This document shows positions 60,263 to 64,000 of a stretch of DNA of 64,000 nucleotides, piece by piece. The notes below the pieces were generated by a model, which saw only the letters and a program-made list of their open reading frames with translations, had not been told where the DNA came from and ran no database searches. Location: the NCBI GenBank assembly GCA_050251875.1, contig JBFWMA010000002.1:278596-342595 (forward strand). Reading direction: 5' to 3'. The DNA is from Deferribacterales bacterium (GTDB lineage Bacteria > Chrysiogenota > Deferribacteres > Deferribacterales > Geovibrionaceae). How positions within the stretch are numbered: the first letter of the stretch is position 1; each line of letters begins with the position of its first letter. Both the position numbers and the translations under genes were made by a program.

Positions 60263-61153
60263 TTAAACTAAAAGTTTTACTATTATAAAAGGCGTGTCGC
60301 CTCTTCCTCTCTTTGCGAATGCCAGCAGAGTTCCTTTTCTGTCGGCAAGAAAATACATATCGGACTCAATATCCGGTACTGAAGCGTAATTATGCGCTTT
60401 CACAGAAAGCCCGTTGTTCACCAGCTTAAGCGCCTCGTCCTTAACCACCGCCACAGGCCATCCAGTCGCCTTGTCCACGGGGATTACGGCTTCTGTGAGC
60501 CTGCCATCATCCTTCATGGATTCGAGCTCGGATATCTTGAAGGCGTCCTGGTGGCTGAACTGTCCGTTCACAGTCCTTATTAGCCCGGTCATATTGGCGT
60601 ATGTGCCCAGCTTCAGCCCCATCTCGTGGATGACGCTTCTGACGTATGTACCCTTATAGCACTGCATACGCATCATGCCGTCCGGGTAGTCATAGCTCAT
60701 CAGAGATATGTCCCTGATGGACATTATCCTCTGTCCGGCGTCCTCTATCTCTCCCTGGCGGGCGAGATCATAGGCTCTTTTTCCATTGATCTTCACAGCG
60801 GAAAAAGCCGGAACTGTGAGCTCCACATCGCCGATGAAGCCTTTCAGCGCCTCTTCCACCTGAGCCAGTGAAGGCTTTATATCGTGGTTTTCGGCGGTTA
60901 CTTCACCTGTGGAATCATAGGAATCTGTGGACTGTCCCAGACGAAACTGAGCGACATATTCCTTATCCACTGCCATCATATAGTCAACAAGTTTGGTGGC
61001 GTATCCCAGACAGACCGGAAGGACTCCTTCCGCCATCGGGTCAAGAGTGCCGAGATGCCCGCATTTTTTCGTACCGAAAATACGTCTTGCGGCCTTTACT
61101 ACGGCAAAAGATGATAGCCCTTTCTCTTTATATATGTTTACTACGCCGTTCAT
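60263..61153 (-). CDS. truB: tRNA pseudouridine(55) synthase
   Basis: KCGHLGTLDPMAEGVL, P.FSAVKING.RAY.LAR, KGTYVRS. Confidence 0.95.
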   Translation of the reverse strand: MNGVVNIYKEKGLSSFAVVKAARRIFGTKKCGHLGTLDPMAEGVLPVCLGYATKLVDYMMAVDKEYVAQFRLGQSTDSYDSTGEVTAENHDIKPSLAQVEEALKGFIGDVELTVPAFSAVKINGKRAYDLARQGEIEDAGQRIMSIRDISLMSYDYPDGMMRMQCYKGTYVRSVIHEMGLKLGTYANMTGLIRTVNGQFSHQDAFKISELESMKDDGRLTEAVIPVDKATGWPVAVVKDEALKLVNNGLSVKAHNYASVPDIESDMYFLADRKGTLLAFAKRGRGDTPFIIVKLLV

Positions 61154-61506
61154 TCCTGCTCAGAGTTGATAGTTCTAAGTACATCATCAATCTTCTGGCC
61201 GTAATCGGAAGAATCGTCGTAAATAAACCGGAGATCGGGGACTTTTTTGATGGTCAGACCTTTCACTATGCAGTGTTTGATATACCCTGCGGAACGGTTA
61301 AGACCTTTTTCGATGCCGTCTTTAGCAGCCTTGTTATAGGTGCTGAAGAACACTTTGGCGCTTGAGAGATCCTTAGATATCTCGACCCCTGTAATGACAA
61401 CGTCTTTAACTTTAGGATCTTTGACTTCACGCAGAATTGTTTCGGCTATTTCAGACCTTAACAGTTCAGCTACTCTTCTGTCTCTCACTTTAAAAATCTC
61501 CTGCAT
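61150..61506 (-). CDS. rbfA: 30S ribosome-binding factor A
   Basis: R..RVAE....EIA....VKDP, DLS.AKVF, VP.LRF.YD.S. Confidence 0.9.
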   Translation of the reverse strand: MQEIFKVRDRRVAELLRSEIAETILREVKDPKVKDVVITGVEISKDLSSAKVFFSTYNKAAKDGIEKGLNRSAGYIKHCIVKGLTIKKVPDLRFIYDDSSDYGQKIDDVLRTINSEQE

Positions 61507-61633
61507 ATCTCCGGAAGCGCAGCATCTGTTAAAAGAAACCGCGGCAACGGCCAGCACATTGGGATAAGATGTTTAACACACAATTATCCCAATGTAAACT
61601 ATTTTATCATAAACCTGCTGATAACTGCGAGGC

Positions 61634-64000
61634 TTATCCTTCTTTGTTCTCTTCTTTTTCTCTGTTTTCGCTGTCTCTGCGGACATCTTCCAGAGTTCTC
61701 TTCTCTTCTACCATGATGTAGAATTCGAGGAAGTCGCCTTCTTTCAGGTCGTTGTATTTCTCAACGCCGATACCGCACTCATAGCCCTGAGCCACTTCTT
61801 TGGCATCATCCTGAAAACGTCTGAGCGAGCTGAGTTTTCCGTCATAGATAACGATGGAGTCTCTGACAACCCTGACGCTGGCGTTTCTCTGCGCCTTGCC
61901 CTCTGTAACGTATGCTCCGGCGATCTTGCCGATCTTCGGAACAGAGAACACCTGACGGACTTCCGCCCTGCCCAGAGTCTCTTCACGTTTGCTGGGATCC
62001 AGCATACCTTCCATCGCCTGTTTAACGTCTTCGATAGCTTTATAGATTACGGAGTAAAGGTTTAACTCCACTCCTTCCTGCTCGGCTTTAGCTTTTGCCT
62101 GTGTTCCGGGGCGCACGTTGAATCCTATGATAATGGCGCTGGACGCAGTGGCAAGGATGATATCGTTCTCTGAAATACCGCCCACTCCGCTGGAAATGAT
62201 GTTGATCTTAACCTCGGGGTTGGACAGTTTAATCAGTGATGATTTCAGAGCTTCCAGTGAACCCTGAACGTCAGCCTTCAGAACGATGTTCAGCTCTTTC
62301 AGCTTGCCTTCTTTAATCTTGTTAAAGATATCCGCAAGGCTGACCGCAGATTTCTCTGCCAGAGTGGCTTTGCGTTTTTCGTCTGTTCTGAGCTGAGCTA
62401 TAGCTTTAGCTGTTTTTTCATCAGGTGTAACGATGAATCTGTCGCCTGATGCCGGAACGCCGGAGAAGCCCATGATCTCAACAGGTATAGAGAGACCCGC
62501 TTCTTTTATAGCGTTGCCTTTATAGTTGAACATAGCTCTTACTTTACCATATTCAGTACCGACTACGAAGTTATCTCCCTTAGTCAGTGTTCCTCTGCTG
62601 ATGAGAACTGTAGCCACAGGTCCTTTCTGTTTATCCAGTTTTGACTCGATAACGATACCTTCGGCAAATGCTTTAGGATTGCCTTTCAGCTCCAGCAGCT
62701 CGGCTTCCAGCAGAACTCTTTCCAGCAGATCGTCCACATGGAGGTTCTGCTTGGCTGAGATCTCCTGAAACTGAGTATCTCCGCCCCAGTCCTCAGATAT
62801 CAGTCCGTATTCAGAAAGCTGGTTACGAACCATCTGCGGGTTAGCGTTTTCTTTATCTATCTTATTGATAGCTACTATTATTTTTACACCTGCGGCTTTT
62901 GCGTGGTCGATAGCCTCTTTTGTCTGGGGCATAACGCCGTCATCCGCCGCAACCACAAGGATTACAACGTCAGTAACGCTGGCTCCTCTGGCTCTCAGAG
63001 TGGTGAACGCTTCGTGTCCGGGAGTATCGAGGAAAGTGATAGTCCCGTGCTCCATCTTAACCTCATAGGCACCGATGTGCTGTGTGATACCGCCCGCCTC
63101 GCCTTCGGCAACGGCTGTCTGGCGGATTCTGTCCAGCAGAGATGTTTTACCGTGGTCAACGTGACCCATAACGGTAACGATGGGAGGTCTGGGAATCAGA
63201 TCTTCCGGTTTGTCATCGTGCTGGGGAATGAGGTCGTCTTCTGTGAGGAATTTAACCTTAACGTCTATTCCGTATTCGGCTGCCAGCAGAGTTGAAGTGT
63301 CAGCATCGATGGACTGGTTAACGTTAGCCATCACACCGAGACCGATCAGCTTTTTGATAAGCTCTGTCGCCTTAACACCCATCAGTTTAGCCAGCTCGGA
63401 CACAACGATATTCTCGCCTATCTGAACGCTGGAGGGTCTGACAATAACGGGTTCAGGTTTTTCCTCACGTCTGCCTTTATGTTTTTTCGGGGGTCTTCTG
63501 TTTCTGTTGTTATCAGGTCTTTTCTCTTTGACCTCTTCTACAACAGGTTCAGCCTCGGGCACAGGTGTGCCTTCAGATGAAAGTATCTGCTGTTCCAGCT
63601 CGAAAAGCTCAATACCTTCGTCCAGACCCTTATGAATATTTTTCTCTTTTTTACCGACAACAGTTTTAGCTTTAACCTTTTTGGTCTCTACCACCTCTGT
63701 TTTCGGTTTTTCTCTGATAACCTTTTTCTTTTCTGCCAGTTCGGCTATGGATTTCTCCTCCTGAGGAGGTCTGCCGCCCTGAGGACGATAGGGAGGTCTG
63801 TCTCCGCCCTGTCCGTCTCTGTTATAAGGAGGACGATCACCTCTGTTGTACTGAGGTCTGTCGCCGCCTTGTCCGTCTCTGTTATAAGGAGGACGATCAC
63901 CTCTGTTGTACTGAGGTCTGTCGCCGCCTTGTCCGTCTCTGTTATAAGGAGGACGATCACCTCTGTTGTACTGAGGTCTGTCGCCGCCTTGTCCGTCTCT
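61634..64000 (-). CDS. infB: Translation initiation factor IF-2 (N-terminus outside the window)
   Basis: [31 protein letters not shown]. The frame stays open to 64000. Confidence 0.97.
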   Translation of the reverse strand, partial: RDGQGGDRPQYNRGDRPPYNRDGQGGDRPQYNRGDRPPYNRDGQGGDRPQYNRGDRPPYNRDGQGGDRPPYRPQGGRPPQEEKSIAELAEKKKVIREKPKTEVVETKKVKAKTVVGKKEKNIHKGLDEGIELFELEQQILSSEGTPVPEAEPVVEEVKEKRPDNNRNRRPPKKHKGRREEKPEPVIVRPSSVQIGENIVVSELAKLMGVKATELIKKLIGLGVMANVNQSIDADTSTLLAAEYGIDVKVKFLTEDDLIPQHDDKPEDLIPRPPIVTVMGHVDHGKTSLLDRIRQTAVAEGEAGGITQHIGAYEVKMEHGTITFLDTPGHEAFTTLRARGASVTDVVILVVAADDGVMPQTKEAIDHAKAAGVKIIVAINKIDKENANPQMVRNQLSEYGLISEDWGGDTQFQEISAKQNLHVDDLLERVLLEAELLELKGNPKAFAEGIVIESKLDKQKGPVATVLISRGTLTKGDNFVVGTEYGKVRAMFNYKGNAIKEAGLSIPVEIMGFSGVPASGDRFIVTPDEKTAKAIAQLRTDEKRKATLAEKSAVSLADIFNKIKEGKLKELNIVLKADVQGSLEALKSSLIKLSNPEVKINIISSGVGGISENDIILATASSAIIIGFNVRPGTQAKAKAEQEGVELNLYSVIYKAIEDVKQAMEGMLDPSKREETLGRAEVRQVFSVPKIGKIAGAYVTEGKAQRNASVRVVRDSIVIYDGKLSSLRRFQDDAKEVAQGYECGIGVEKYNDLKEGDFLEFYIMVEEKRTLEDVRRDSENREKEENKEG
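63794..64000 (-). repeat. 60-bp coding tandem repeat in the IF-2 N-terminal region ([20 protein letters not shown])
   Basis: At least three nearly exact 60-bp copies plus a degenerate copy, in frame with infB. Confidence 0.92.

Noticed and set aside
61634..63694. ORF-track start of infB at 63694 and a 71-aa ORF at 63745-63960
   Set aside because: The infB frame is open to the window edge, so the true start is outside the window. The short ORF is an alternate frame of the 60-bp repeat.

Overview
Core chromosomal DNA from a Gram-negative anaerobe. Gene content (futalosine mqnD, citramalate synthase, NtrYX, GAF-PtsP, long MlaD) suggests Deferribacterota or a similar deep lineage; this is an inference. 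The window appears to span the replication terminus: there is a well-formed XerCD dif site at 38864-38891, gene orientation flips from mostly + to mostly - a few kb to its right, and the KOPS octamers I spotted converge on it. Housekeeping content: ntrY/ntrX, hom-apgM-lysC-cimA, pyrR-pyrB-pyrC, prfB-alr-mlaEFD-mqnD-ptsP, thyA-folA, an ABC exporter/importer cluster, purB, carB-pyrK-pyrD, recG-cheW, panBCD and infB(partial)-rbfA-truB-rpsO-pnp. The most interesting non-housekeeping signals are: (1) an SOS cassette lexA - 80-aa unknown protein - 3x129-bp palindromic tandem array - Y-family polymerase, under a Firmicutes-type GAAC-N4-GTTC box; (2) an unannotated ~80-nt sRNA candidate with an anti-Shine-Dalgarno loop at 14214-14292; (3) a leader-peptide/terminator attenuator before pyrR that lacks a PyrR binding loop; (4) a pan-motif RNA wired to a mutually exclusive SD-sequestering hairpin before panB; (5) a single AT-rich lipoprotein islet after purB. 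No rRNA, tRNA, CRISPR array or transposase was seen.
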